The notes under the pieces are model-generated. The model had not been told where the DNA came from, did not search any database, and saw only the letters and a program-made list of their open reading frames with translations. This document shows positions 24,901 through 37,046 of a DNA stretch of 64,000 nucleotides, piece by piece. Positions within the stretch are counted from its first letter, which is position 1. Every line of letters starts with the position of its first letter. A program made the translations under genes and the position numbers. Source of the stretch: Ramazzottius varieornatus (Eukaryota; Animalia; Tardigrada). The stretch spans positions 7,616,448-7,680,447 of the forward strand of contig BDGG01000002.1 of NCBI GenBank assembly GCA_001949185.1, written 5' to 3'.

Positions 24901-26450
24901 GAAAGACCATGACTTTTGCTGTCATACTGTACTTTGCCAGAGCCGAACATGCATCCGTCTGCGTAGGCGCCCAAATCTTTCTCCACCTCGATGAGAAGTC
25001 CAATGTCACCCAGCCTGATTTTGTCCCCAACCGTCGGTCCAGATGAAGCGGCGTAAAGTTCGCGAGGCATGGTGGCTGCCTTGACAGCATACTCTTCTGC
25101 CTGTGCTAAATGTCGAAAGCCATGTTTCTTCAGCTTTGAAGGAGAATAAAACACCAAAGTCAAGCGGTACACAAATATTGAGCTCAGTAAGTTCTGCGAC
25201 GGAAAACCGGCGGATTGTACCTACCTTACGAAGAACGCGGTGGACGTTTTCCTTCTCGACCGGTCCATCGCACATTCCGTTTCCTCCACGAATAATTTGA
25301 GTTCCGCCGATCTCTGTGAGAGGAACTCGTCTTTGCCCACCAGGTTCAAAGCGTATAGCAGTGCCTGCTGGGATGTCGAGGCGCATTCCATATGCGCGAG
25401 CTCGGTCGAACTCCAGGGCTCGGTTGGCTTCGATGAAGTGGTAATGACTTCCAATCTGTATCGGTCTAAAAACAAGCAACAAAAACAAGCTGTCTTTCCA
25501 ACAACGTCATCCCCCACCGATACATTAGAAATGATACTCACACCGATCACAGTGGCTCTGGACTACAAGGATGTCTTTCCGCCGGTTGACGTTCACCTCG
25601 ATGGGCGGCGCGTCAGCCAGGACGAATTCACCCGGGTAGTGAGCATCTAGGTCTTCTTCGTCGTCTTCCTCGAAATGTTCCTGCAACGGGAAAAGAGCAG
25701 CGTATATTTTCTTAAGGGTGAAGTCCTACGTCAGAGCTATGGCGTTACGATGCTGCCATCTTTATGTACGCCCTGTTGGAAGACCGCTAAGTCAGGAACC
25801 GGCAGGAAACTGCCGTAGAGGGCCAGATCGAGGTCGCCGTCGAGGAGACTAATAGGGTTGTGGACGGTAATCAACTTGGTCCCATCAGGAAAAGTTGCTT
25901 CAATCTGCACTTCGGCGATCATCTGGGGCACGCCTTGCATTACTTGGTTCACGCCTGCGGAACAGAGAAACAGTCTGACAGAGAGAAAAATGACAACAAT
26001 TCTTCCAAGGCCAAAGAGTCCCAGAACTCACGCAGAGACTGTAACGATCTGTACTCTTCAGTCCTTACCCAGCATTGTCCCGCCAATTCCCATAATCTGG
26101 GCCAGGGTTTTCTTTCCATCCCGTACCAGCTCTTGCAGCTGCAGGTAAGAATCAATAATATCTACAGTATATCTTCCCAGTCTGACGCCATCAAGTTTTA
26201 CTTCGCTCTCCGACATGCAGAACTATCAATGCATCTTCACTGGGAACAAATAGCCACTCCGGAAAGACCGGATGCGGTGTTTCTAAAACCGGACCAGGAG
26301 TGCTTAGTTACCTGTGATGCTATAGGGACGACCGCTTCTGGGTGGTTCAACTTGCATCCTGTGCTAAACCTGCGAAAGCTACTAAGAACTAGAAACGCCA
26401 AGTCTCACCTTCTGCTGGTGAGTCCAACGATACCGTTTACGCTTTGTTCG
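21945..26450 (-). pseudogene. ure: Urease, single-chain eukaryotic type (gamma-beta-alpha fusion), many exons, disrupted
   Basis: Gamma: [27 protein letters not shown]. Beta: [32 protein letters not shown]. Alpha: [113 protein letters not shown]. Frameshift near 23618 and missing conserved blocks. Confidence 0.9.
24805..24847. repeat. Palindromic family A core, urease intron
   Basis: GTGGCGCAC-N25-GTGCGCCAC. Confidence 0.85.
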
Positions 26451-26990
26451 CCTGCTGCAAACAAGTCTCGCGACCAGTTAGCACTCTGACGTTACATCTG
26501 ATGGAGCTTCCGTGAAATTGGCCGCCGTTGGCAATTGGGTGGTACTAGTTCTAGTGAAATCAGGACAACATCCTCGTTCGGTCTGCCCTTTGTACCGTAA
26601 TTCCGCTAAGGAAGGTAGGGTAAGACGCAGCGGGCTTTAGTGTATCAGCCAATGTCCCTTAAAGTGCTTCATTTCAGAAGGTTCTGATTGGTGGACTGGT
26701 CGATATCGTCACGCTATCCGCCCGTGCATCAAATCCACCGAATTACGGTTACGAAGGTCATCTAGTCCACAATCTCAATTTCTCATATGTTTCAACGAGA
26801 TAAGCGAAAGACTGCCTTGAGTGGGACCAGCTTGTGTACACGCCTGCAAGACTGCAATTCCAGCTAAGGTTCTGACGGTCAACCGCCCCAACCATTCGAC
26901 TGTGAGATTTGTTCTGGGCCGTTCGGGATCCGCAGTGCAATGGGACAAAGCGGCAATGTTGCCCGTTTCGAGAAAGGTACGTCTGTTTCC

Positions 26991-28304
26991 ATGTCGGGTA
27001 AACCTACCTGACAGCTTACGCCTTTCTGTTGAATCATTGCCATTTGCAGGAGGCAGTGGCTGAAAGCTACCCTTCTGTTGTGCAAAGTTTACACGTGAGT
27101 TTTAAAACCGGTTTTCTTAGATCATCATCACGAACATGGCCACGGTGGCGAGCACGGCCACACCCATGAGATTCTTGGAGGACCCGGAAACTACGACCAA
27201 CGGGAAATGCCAAATGTTGGTCGCAGTGACTGGTCAGAGGTATGAGTACTCCACGTGACACTGTCTAAAGACTGAGACTGGCTTGTGGAAAATAATTCTG
27301 TATTGGTTTCAGAGAGCGTTCACCGCTGGGATTGGAGGACCAGTTGGATCGGGCAAGACCGCCATGGTATTGGCTCTTTGCCGATATTTGCGGGAACGGC
27401 AGAACTTATGCGTCGTGACCAACGACATTTTCACACGGTACACACAGTTTCCTCGATTTTAGATGTGTTCTCTACTGCTGGCTTTCACTTACCAATTCGC
27501 AGGAAAGACTGAGAGTTCCTGGTCCGCAACGAAGCTTTACCCGTCGAGCGTATGCGAGCCGTGGAGACTGGTGGATGTCCACATGCCGCAGTTCGAGAGG
27601 TACGTGCACGTGAGTCTTTTCCGTCAAGTTTCACGCCCTGAAAGGAAGCAAAAGAGCTTGTTCGATTTTTTAGGATTACTCGCTAAATATGGAATCCGTG
27701 AAAGAACTAACCAAGAAATTCAAACCGGAAATCGTTCTTCTCGAATCCGGAGGTGACAACCTGGCCGCCAACTTCAGTCGCGAGCTGGCTGATTACATCA
27801 TCTACATCCTCGATGTTACCGGTACTAAATACTTTTCATACCACTTACTGCATTCTGACATCAAAAGGAAATAGCAAAGAAATAGGGGAGCTGGGCAAGC
27901 GGATGAGACCAGATCGTTCGCCCGAGGTGGCGCACGTTTCCGGCCAATAACAGCGAAAACGTGCGCCACTAGAGGAAACGATGTGGTTCAATTTCGTTTC
28001 TCACGTCCTGTTTCTTGAAGGTGGCGACAAAATTCCGCGAAAAGTAGGACCTGGGATAACTCAAAGCGACTTGTTAATCATCAATAAGACCGACCTAGCT
28101 GAGGCTGTCGGAGCTAGTCTGGAAGTGATGAGTCCTGACGCTGGGATCATGCGCCAAAACGGACCCACCATTTTTGCTCAAGTCAAAAACATGATTGGTA
28201 TCCCTGAAACTGCCAATTTAATTCTTGACGCGGCCAAAGCAGTTAAAATTCATACTACTGTTCAAAAAATACTCCTGCTCAAATTCACTGATACTGTTAA
28301 TTAA
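26991..28304 (+). pseudogene. ureG: Urease accessory GTPase UreG (eukaryotic His-rich N-terminus), with an in-frame stop
   Basis: HHHEHGHGGEHGHTHEILGGPG..REMP...[24 protein letters not shown]; KD*EFL (TGA 27510-27512); [13 protein letters not shown]; ESGGDNLAANFSRELADY; GGDKIPRKVGPGITQSDLLIINKTD. Confidence 0.9.
27927..27969. repeat. Palindromic family A core, ureG intron
   Basis: GTGGCGCAC-N25-GTGCGCCAC. Confidence 0.85.
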
Positions 28305-28366
28305 TAATTTTGCAATCAAAAGGTATGAAACTAATGATAAATATTGAATAAATATTAAATAAGATA

Positions 28367-31300
28367 TTAAATGGTATTTTCGGGTTCTTCGTTCACGACC
28401 GAGTCAATGTCAATGTAGCGAGGCGGATGAGGGTGAAAGCCCATGCGCTTCTTGAAATGCTCGATATCTTGGACAGGCTCGCATTTGTTACCGGTGTTTA
28501 TAGCTTTGATGTCTTCGGCTTTCGTTTCTTGTGGTGTTTCCTGGATCTGTTCTTCTTGAGAATGCGCACCGTCTTCCTCTTCGCCGCTTTCTCCCTCTTC
28601 TTCGTACTCCTCATCCGACATGTCACCTCCGTCACCGACCTCACGGCGTTCTCGGCCAGGAGCGCCAGCTGGCACAGTCGACGTGATATGAATAGTGAAC
28701 TTCTTTCGCTTTGAACCCCCTTGGCCTAGATATTCCTGGAGAAAAAACAAAAAACTTGTTCACTATCCATGAACATCATTGAATTCAGCTAGGAAAAACT
28801 TGACAACATGGCAGGTCAGCAAAAGCGAGATACGCAAGCTCGTTGCTTCAAGTGGCGCACGTTTCCGAAATTATTCACCAAAAGCGTGCGCCACGTGGAA
28901 AAACGATCTTGAACGTTTCGTCTGCCGACCTCTCGGATATTACCGAAACGAATTCAATGAGGTCTTGCTTGGTCAACTTCCTCAGTTCGGCCACCTCGAT
29001 TTCATCGCGGACGAAGTTGTACTGCCGGCAGTAGATCTCGTTCCAGAGTTTGGCAGCTTGCTGGTCAATCGTCTTCGGCTTCTCTAACCGCCGAACAGCC
29101 AAAGCTTCTACGTGCGTCTTAAACTCGGTTTCCGGTAGATGGGTCACGAATTTCTGGAAGAAAGAACACCTCAGTGAGATATATGGTAAAGTTGCTTGGT
29201 TCTGAAGCTCAACAGATTTCCACCTGCATCTCCGTCAAAAAGTTCTCGATACGCTGATCGCAGTGAGCCGGTGACTTATGCGACTGTACCAGAACCTGCA
29301 GACCCAAAACGCCGCTCACATTCTTCACCGAACTGAAGACGATGTAACCTAAAAAGGGCAATACTTCATAAGAAACAATGGAGCTCGGCAATGAGCTTGA
29401 GAAGGGTATTTTCCAAGAGGCGCACGTGTTCGGTGTTAATGGCTGAAAATGTGCGCCAGTTGGGAAAACCATCTTGTTGAGATTCTCCGAGGCTTCGAAT
29501 AGTCTCAACAGAATGGGGGATGACTGGTGTAGAACTTACCGAGTTGTTCTTTCGTTCTGAGGATATCGAAACACGGCTCGTTCACAATCTGCTCAAAGAG
29601 TTCCAGCAGCATGTTCAACCGCGGATTCTCGAACGCACATTGATAGTACGTTGTGACGGAGGAACTCTTGTGGACGTCGTTTTCCCGATGGTAAACCAAG
29701 TCGGAGCCTTGAGATAAGTGTGAGTTAGCGTACTGATGGAACAGTACGTAGAGCTAAGATGTTACCTTCAGCGATGTTGACAAGACGTTGTCGGTCGGTC
29801 TTCGATGCCGGTTTGGCTTGAACACTGGTCAAGGCGGTCTCGACGATGTCCATCATCAGGGCGGCTTTCTGCCGACTGGCATTTCCAAAGACGAAGCCTT
29901 CCACGTAGACTTCCTTGAACAGGTCGGGAACCATGGACATCATACGCTCGTAAGTCAGACTGCCCAGCGCGGCCATCAAGTCTTCCTTCGGGTAGCAGAC
30001 TTCGCTCATCAGGACATTCCAGTACCACATGCTTTGCTTGTTCGGCTCCGACGCAAAAAAGTTCTTCAATTGCCTTCCATACTACTCGGAGAAAAAGGCG
30101 ATTAGCGATACATAAGGTTCATGCAAACTAGCGACGATGAACAGAGAAGCAAAGTAAGCAAAATACGCTGTAACTCACGTACCTACATACAAACACACCG
30201 TTTCCGATGGTCATTACGTTGTATGTAGGTGTTTGAAATACCAATACACCCGCATAAGAGCTTACCACTTCTTTTAGCACGTCGAAGCGTTTCGGATCCG
30301 GTTTAAACTGAACCAGCTTATCCACTAACATTCTCAGAAGAATGTGGATCTTGTCGTCGTATCCTCGAACGGATAACTGAAACAAAATTTCAGACGGTCA
30401 TGATCAATCTCGAACCACAAAGAAGGAAGTTTACCGTGATGCCGTATTTGGACTGCTCGATGACGAATCTCATCCCGGCCAGCTCGGCCATGTAGATGAT
30501 CTCATTGATGGAGTCTCTGTAGAGCTCCACAAAGAGGTGAGCCATGTTGGTGTGCTCAGGGTCTTTATACACCGCGGGGCTACACAGTTCGAAGAAACCA
30601 CAAGCCTTGGGCAATTTATGCTCCACGTCTTGCATATACCACAACCGGGAAAACTGCGTCTTGCGGATCAAAACAGGAACCTTTTGCGCCTGTCAAGAGA
30701 TTGGCTAGGAATTGAAGCGGACATTAAACTTCGATATGAAGACAGACGAATAGAATTACGTACAGTTTTCGGTGAATTAAGGAGGTCGAATCGTTCTGGA
30801 ATAAACTCGTTAGGCGGCGGAAGTGCCGTTTCCTTGCTGAGGTCTCCGCTTGACCATTTCTTGATGGTATCTTCGGGAATTTTTTCCAAGTGGTACTCGA
30901 TCCCGTAAATGGGTTCTTTTGCCGTCGCGACATCCTTGAAAGATTTCGACAAAATGGCAATCCTGCATAATAAGAATAACGTTTGCTCGTCTATCATTCT
31001 ATCACAACTTCCGGTTCATGCTTAGTCCGTTACAAGACGGCCGCACCTCATGTTCTGAGGCGTAAGATAATCCAACAGCTTCGATATGACGGCGGAATCG
31101 TACTGAGTATAGAGGACAGGGCCAGTAAGCACTTCGTCGATGGGGTATTTCTACAGACAGATATTAAGTTGGTATACTGTAGTTCCACAAATATTAAAAC
31201 GAACGACCGTTACACATGACGGAGAGATATTTCAACCTGCATTGCAGCTGCGAGGGAGCGAGCATAGCTCAGCGGTTTTCCCTTATCGCGGAACTGGAAC

Positions 31301-32974
31301 TTGATCTCTTGGATCATCTTTTCCTCATGCCAAATGCGATCCTGCGGTCCGGCTTTTCGCAGCATGTTGAGGTACTCAAAGACCATTTGCACGATTTCGT
31401 CCGTGTGCTCTGCAAAGCACGTAACATTACTGACCAGCATACGTGTGCAGTCAAGGGCAACGAAGTCTGACATACTCAAGCCTTCCTCAGTCAAGTCAGC
31501 GCCCAACATAAAGAACTGGAATCCCTCGGCACCTTCATCTTCTCCAGCATGAAGCGTATTGGACCATCCTGAAATGGCAAAGGATGAAGCTAAGTCGAAG
31601 ACACAGGATATTATAGTGGTTTTACCCTTTGCTTTCAAGGCGCTAAGAAGACTTCCGGGTCCCTCATGTCCCACCAGTCCACCCAAGTAACTTCCTGGTT
31701 TGGTGTGATAGTACTGATGAAGGTCTGGAATGGGCCATACGAGATTCAGCGAACGCACGTCCTTGACCGGAACCACTTTCAGCTGACACTGAAGATGTTC
31801 GGCCGAGAACGGTGGTTCTTTCCAGTGGGGAATCGTTACGTTGTAATTCGGCACTTCCGCAAACATGCCGAACACCATATTCGTCAAGACATCCAAATTC
31901 TCTACAACGACAAATATCGTTAACTACTTTCCACGTCAAGAGTGTAGCACTGAATGGGGATCATTACCTTTTCCCAGAACGACCAGGGAGATGATGTTGG
32001 AAGAGTAATAAGTGTCGTGGAACTTTAACAGTTCGTCACGGACCGCGATGCCTTCTTTCTTGGGGTTGTTCCACAAGGTGTCTTTGCTACCAGTGCCGAA
32101 CTTGTTGAAGTCATGTTTGGGGTTTCCGGTGACTCGGTTAATGTGGTCCAAGCGACGGCTATCGCTGGTCAAGTTGTTCTCGTGCTCAGAATTGACTGCG
32201 TTCACTTCGCGTTCCGTACCCGACTGAGTCAGCAGCGGGCTAATGAAGAACTGGGCGAAGCGATCCAAACTAGGCTCCAGATAGTCTGTAAACCAACCAG
32301 CCATTACAATCCATTTTTGGTTATGTTGGATCACAGAAGTAGCAAGATCAGGGCAGCGAAATGATAACTTACCGGCGGCAACATCGAAATGGTAGTTGGT
32401 ATGTTCCTCGCAAGTATAGGCGTTATACTGCCCGCCATGTTCCGAAACAAACTGGAAAAAGAATCACCGCGGACGTCAACAGCGTGAATAATCATCACCG
32501 TATAGAAATATATGAGTGAGTTATGACGACGAGTCGGTGACGGTAGAAGGTGATGATGCATGAACGTTCAACGAAGCAGTAAACGCACCTTCTCGAAGGC
32601 GTTCTCTTCCGGGTACTTCTTCGTCCCAAGAAACAGCATATGCTCCAAGAAGTGAGCCAGTCCTTGAAGATGCCATGGATCCGACATGCATCCTGCAAGA
32701 CGAAGATGCACGCAATCATTAACTACACATATGTGCGCATTCATGCTCCAACCCTGACTTCCGGTCGAAGATCTACCCAAACATGCGTTACACCGTTACC
32801 TATATTCACATCCAAAGCGACGCCAGCCTTCTCGGTAGCAGGATCGGATATCACGATGGCCTTCAGATCGTTAGGCAGAACAAGACCGCGGTAAGAGCGA
32901 TTGTCTTGAGGTGACTTGTGGATGTTATCCACAACAGCTTTGAAGCTGGTGGGAGAACGCTCGGCTTGAACCAT
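28367..32974 (-). CDS. IDE: Insulin-degrading enzyme (M16A insulysin), multi-exon
   Basis: [39 protein letters not shown] (inverted zinc motif HxxEH), [51 protein letters not shown]. Confidence 0.95.
28852..28894. repeat. Palindromic family A core, IDE intron
   Basis: GTGGCGCAC-N25-GTGCGCCAC. Confidence 0.85.
29417..29459. repeat. Palindromic family A core, IDE intron
   Basis: GAGGCGCAC-N25-GTGCGCCAG. Confidence 0.8.
30181..30230. repeat. Palindromic family B copy (ACCTRCATAC-N30-GTATGYAGGT), IDE intron
   Basis: ACCTACATAC 30181-30190 / GTATGTAGGT 30221-30230. Confidence 0.55.
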
Positions 32975-33604
32975 GCTACAACAAAGAAAACAATAATTTC
33001 ACTGAAGCTATATACGACCGGTGGTCATCCCAAGCTATCCAGCTCGGCTAACAGTTTGATTTGCATTAGTTGTCAGAGAAAGGTACCTGACTAGTCTTTG
33101 AGAAGAACGGAACGTTTGAGATGTTGATCGTGCTAAGCGGAGCCAAAACCGCATACCATACGAGTATCACAGATAGGAGCACCGGTCCCTTCGCCCGATG
33201 AATCCAGCAGACGCTATTCCAAGCCGCGTGCACAACGATAACTCCAACTCCTGGTAGCTCGAAAGCTTGAGAGCTGAGAATGACAAAGATGTTAAGAGTT
33301 CTAAGTTCCAAGCAAACGTCCGGTGTAAACTTCAAGGAAACACCGAAGTTCGAAACCAAAAATCTGTGAACTCACAGAAAAAACTAACACTGATAACGCA
33401 ATTGCGAAAGACAGCACCAACACCTTGTGACTGGACGCAACCGGCTTCGCCCTCAACAACCAGAATTATCGCAGTTTACTCATCCATTTCAGTTACATGT
33501 AATTCACACAGTAATTGGACAGAGAATCCTTTTTGACAGGTTGTTGCTCACTTGTGCCTCTCTCGTTGCAGGTAACAGGTGCAGCGAAGCGGCTATAGGG
33601 TATA

Positions 33605-34909
33605 ATGGCGCTGAGAAGAGCAGATTGTGTTTCCGCATGCGGCCGGCTCTACGGAATACCAAACTGTGGGAGCAGAACCGGGATTATGAGAGCCACTTCC
33701 GGTGGACAGAACGGAATCCAGTCATTACTTCCTACGTTCTTTGGTGCCCGCTCCTTCATCAGTCCTGCGCCGCAGAGTACCAACACGCCACCTGAAGATG
33801 CTAGCATGGAAGTGTTCATTGATAATCTCCATTTGAAGCACAAGATCCGGAGCGACACCAAGGCGAAGATCGACAGCAGGATGAGCGACGACCGAAGAGC
33901 TGCTGATGACCACCGCCTGGCGAAGCTGCAGAAGTCCCGAAATCCGTTCAAGAGTGTGGATACAAAGTCTGTTAGCGCTTTGTTTGTCAAAGAGGATGTA
34001 AGGCGCCGGCCATCTGTTCCAGTTAAGCCACAACGTCTAAAGAGCCCCGAGGAGGAATACCGAAAGTTGCAAGAATGGGACAAGGAAGGAGTGTCCCTGC
34101 CCGAAAAAGAACTCATGTACGCCGTCGGATTCTTCGCGACAGTGGGGCATGTCGAAGGTGTCCGACTAGTCCAGAAGCTTCTCAAGGAGCATCATGAAGA
34201 CCTCTACCGAAGCGAAATACGGTTGGAGCATTACTTAGCCAATGCCCTGGCTAACGCCAAAGAATACTCCGCGTCCTGCGAGCTGTTCAAGCGCTTGTTC
34301 TACGACTATCCCGTCAAGAGGCAGAAGCTGTCCAACATGTTCAGGTTTACGATAGTGCGAGTGCTGAATGAATATCCGGCTATCGATACCTTACCGTTGA
34401 TATACAATTTCGTTGAATTCGCCATGAAGCTGAACGAATTCATGCCAGCTTTGCACTTCTGGCAAGCTCTCTTTCAGCACTCTTCTCCTGCGGCCAACAC
34501 GGAAGCTAACCAGCTTCTGGAGCAGTATCACAGGTTGAAAAAGATGGTGCGTTTGAAGCTGGATAGTTTGATGATAAAGTCGCGAGAAGTGAAAGACACT
34601 ACGTTTCTCTTCCGGCTCTTGACGCTGTTGGACAGTCTGGACCTACCGGAGAAGGACCTGAAGCATTTTACGGGATGTTTGTATGATGCAATTATGGATG
34701 TCTACTGCTCACACGAGGACCTTGTGGGCGCGAAGCAGCTGATTAAGCTTGCGGAAGACCGAGCAAAGATTTCGGGGAAGGTTTCCATGTGGCCGGATAC
34801 GATGAAAAGATACGTGAAAGCTTCGGGTCTTGTGAAGGTCGCTGTAGCTACCGCTGATTGGCGCTCAGGAACTAACCCTGCAGAGCGTGTTGTTAAGTTC
34901 AAGTTTTGA
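33605..34909 (+). CDS. Uncharacterised 434-aa protein, probably mitochondrial, helical-repeat-like
   Basis: Long uninterrupted ORF; Arg-rich, acid-poor N-terminus resembling a transit peptide; divergent from IDE. Confidence 0.65.
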   Translation: MALRRADCVSACGRLYGIPNCGSRTGIMRATSGGQNGIQSLLPTFFGARSFISPAPQSTNTPPEDASMEVFIDNLHLKHKIRSDTKAKIDSRMSDDRRAADDHRLAKLQKSRNPFKSVDTKSVSALFVKEDVRRRPSVPVKPQRLKSPEEEYRKLQEWDKEGVSLPEKELMYAVGFFATVGHVEGVRLVQKLLKEHHEDLYRSEIRLEHYLANALANAKEYSASCELFKRLFYDYPVKRQKLSNMFRFTIVRVLNEYPAIDTLPLIYNFVEFAMKLNEFMPALHFWQALFQHSSPAANTEANQLLEQYHRLKKMVRLKLDSLMIKSREVKDTTFLFRLLTLLDSLDLPEKDLKHFTGCLYDAIMDVYCSHEDLVGAKQLIKLAEDRAKISGKVSMWPDTMKRYVKASGLVKVAVATADWRSGTNPAERVVKFKF

Positions 34910-35167
34910 ATGGTGAAATAGTTACGCGTCATTTGATTCGAGATCGTATGTTTATTACGGTATCAGGCACTGCCGGTATCATCTTCGTTCGGTAAATTTG
35001 ATGAATGCAAGGACATCACTTCTCAAATCGCAGAAGAAAACAGAAAAGCGTTTTGGCGACCTGTAACCGACTAACAACAGTCGACGAAAGGTACAGTGTC
35101 ATCAAAGAACTTTCCGAACCAGCTTGTTCAGAAATACACTTTATAGTCATACATACATCGTGAAGAG

Positions 35168-35274
35168 TACTTTAAAGTTCCGATCATTTACACCGTGGGC
35201 CATACATAGTGTATACCTGTATGGCTACGGTACAAATTCTAGCAAGTTGTCCGAGAAGATCGGAACTTGAAGTA
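35168..35274. repeat. Small nested inverted repeat
   Basis: TACTTTAAAGTTCCGATC / GATCGGAACTTGAAGTA with an inner pair ACCGTGGGCCATACA / TGTATGGCTACGGT. Confidence 0.5.
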
Positions 35275-36569
35275 TTTTTTGAAAGCTGACGGCTCTTTAT
35301 GAAGAACGCCCAGTCTTTCGCTTCTCCACATCTTTCTCCTAACCTGCAGTCTTCCGAAAACTACGTCCCCCGCACTCAGCTTCTCTTCATCTTCTCCGTT
35401 CTCCTCATCCACCTTCCCCAGTTTTCTCTTCTTCCTTGCCTGTAAAAACGATCAAAGCAAAGGAAACCTTTCCCCAGCGATCCTCCATTCGGCGTAAAGC
35501 TACCGTTCCAACACGATCATGCACCAAACCATCCCCATCACTAGTCACTGGTTCCAACAAGGCTTCAGACCAGGTGGTCTTTCAGAATTGTAGCTTTGTA
35601 TGTACATCACCCCGAAATGATTGTCAAAGTGGTACGCAGCTACGCAGAGCTCCAGAAAACGGCGCGATGTCTCTAAACCTGTTTTCGTATCGACGATTCT
35701 TCTCCTCCTCCTCCCCGTCTTCTTCTGCATATTTTTCGCGACAGCGCTCACATTTGCCGCAGCCACATTCCACATACTACTTACTCTTCAACGATCCCTT
35801 GTTCGGTTGCTGCTCAGAAAATCTTCACTTAGAAGAAAAACCCCAACTTCGTCAACTCAAGCGCCGACAGAGAAGATCCACTGCTTTCCGTCGCCCACCC
35901 CATCCTGCAACGACAGCTCGATTATCAGAGAGATAGTCCACAAGCAGTCAAGATGCGAAGTGCAGTGGATATCACCGCATCGGGTGTTTCATAGCAGAAG
36001 CCGACAAACAAAACGTGCAAGATCGTCGTCATAAGCGGCGCACTTCTCGCTGAAACGTGCGACTGTGAACGTGCGTCGCTTCGCAACAAGTCCTAATTCA
36101 GGCTTAGCCTGGAAAATCCAAACAAAAGTTAAAAGTGTAGACCATACTGCGCTATTCTTATTTCGGGCTCATAAGTAGGTTAACACTTATTCATTCACTC
36201 ATAATCCTCAAAGATGTGTTTTAAAAGTATGTTTTCCAGCTTTAAATTCCGTCATAGGTGCGTGACGGAGTTACAGAGCAAGAAACAGTTCGACATTAGT
36301 GTAGTGGTCGCAATGGCACCCGGAACTTGGTAAAGTTGGCAAACATGACAGACTAAGACTTAGTAAGGCGTGGGACTTGAAATCAGAAACGGATTTACAA
36401 ATCGACGAGCTGACTTTGGGACAAACGGTAAGCATCAATCCGGAGCTAACCCTATTGTCTGTAATGCTACCGTCGGGGAAATCTGATATCAGAAGCTTAG
36501 AGTATGTAGCAAATCTCGAGAATGCACGGCCAGCAAGCAATCACATGGCTTTCGCCTTACTACTTAGTT

Positions 36570-37046
36570 ACGCTCACCAATCTGAGCAGGTGCTTCAGCA
36601 AGTTGGGATGGTGTCATCAGAGGTAAGCGGATGTGTAGAAGGCCGCTCCAAGAGCAACGCGAAGGTCGTTACAGGTCTTTCTCTTCTGGCTGGCCATGGT
36701 TTCTGTCGTTTTTACCGCCGCCCATTTGCCAAACAGCACAATTACTGTCTAAGAAAACAGAAAACGCGTGATTTATTTATACTTTCATCTTTCGCGTAGT
36801 TTCGGTCGGAATATTAATTCAATACTAGTCTTGAAGCAATTGAAATGTCGACGTACCGGCGAGCTGCGATGTTAATCCCTATCTCATCCGATGCTTCGAT
36901 CTTCAGTTCGGCCCTCTACGGAATTTCCGCCAGCAATGCCCTGTCAATAACGATGAACGAGGGACTAGAGACGACTTGTAGAGTCTTTTCGCCCACCATA
37001 TCCATTGCTAGTCGACTAATCTCCGGTTCATCCAAAGCCCGAGCCT
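36570..37046 (-). pseudogene. BTBD1/2/3/6-like BACK-domain gene remnant
   Basis: Hand translation ARALDEPEISRLAMDMVGEKTLQVVSSPSFIVIDRALLAEIP*RAEL..E and LRVALGAAFY/IRLPLMTPSQLAEAPAQIG; contains a TAG stop and a frameshift. Confidence 0.65.

Noticed and set aside
27510-27512. ureG TGA as selenocysteine or readthrough
   Set aside because: Not a conserved Cys position, no SECIS recognised, and the neighbouring pathway genes have frameshifts; a nonsense mutation is simpler.
21945-28304. Urease genes as bacterial contamination
   Set aside because: Fused single-chain architecture, many GT-AG introns, and host repeat copies inside those introns.
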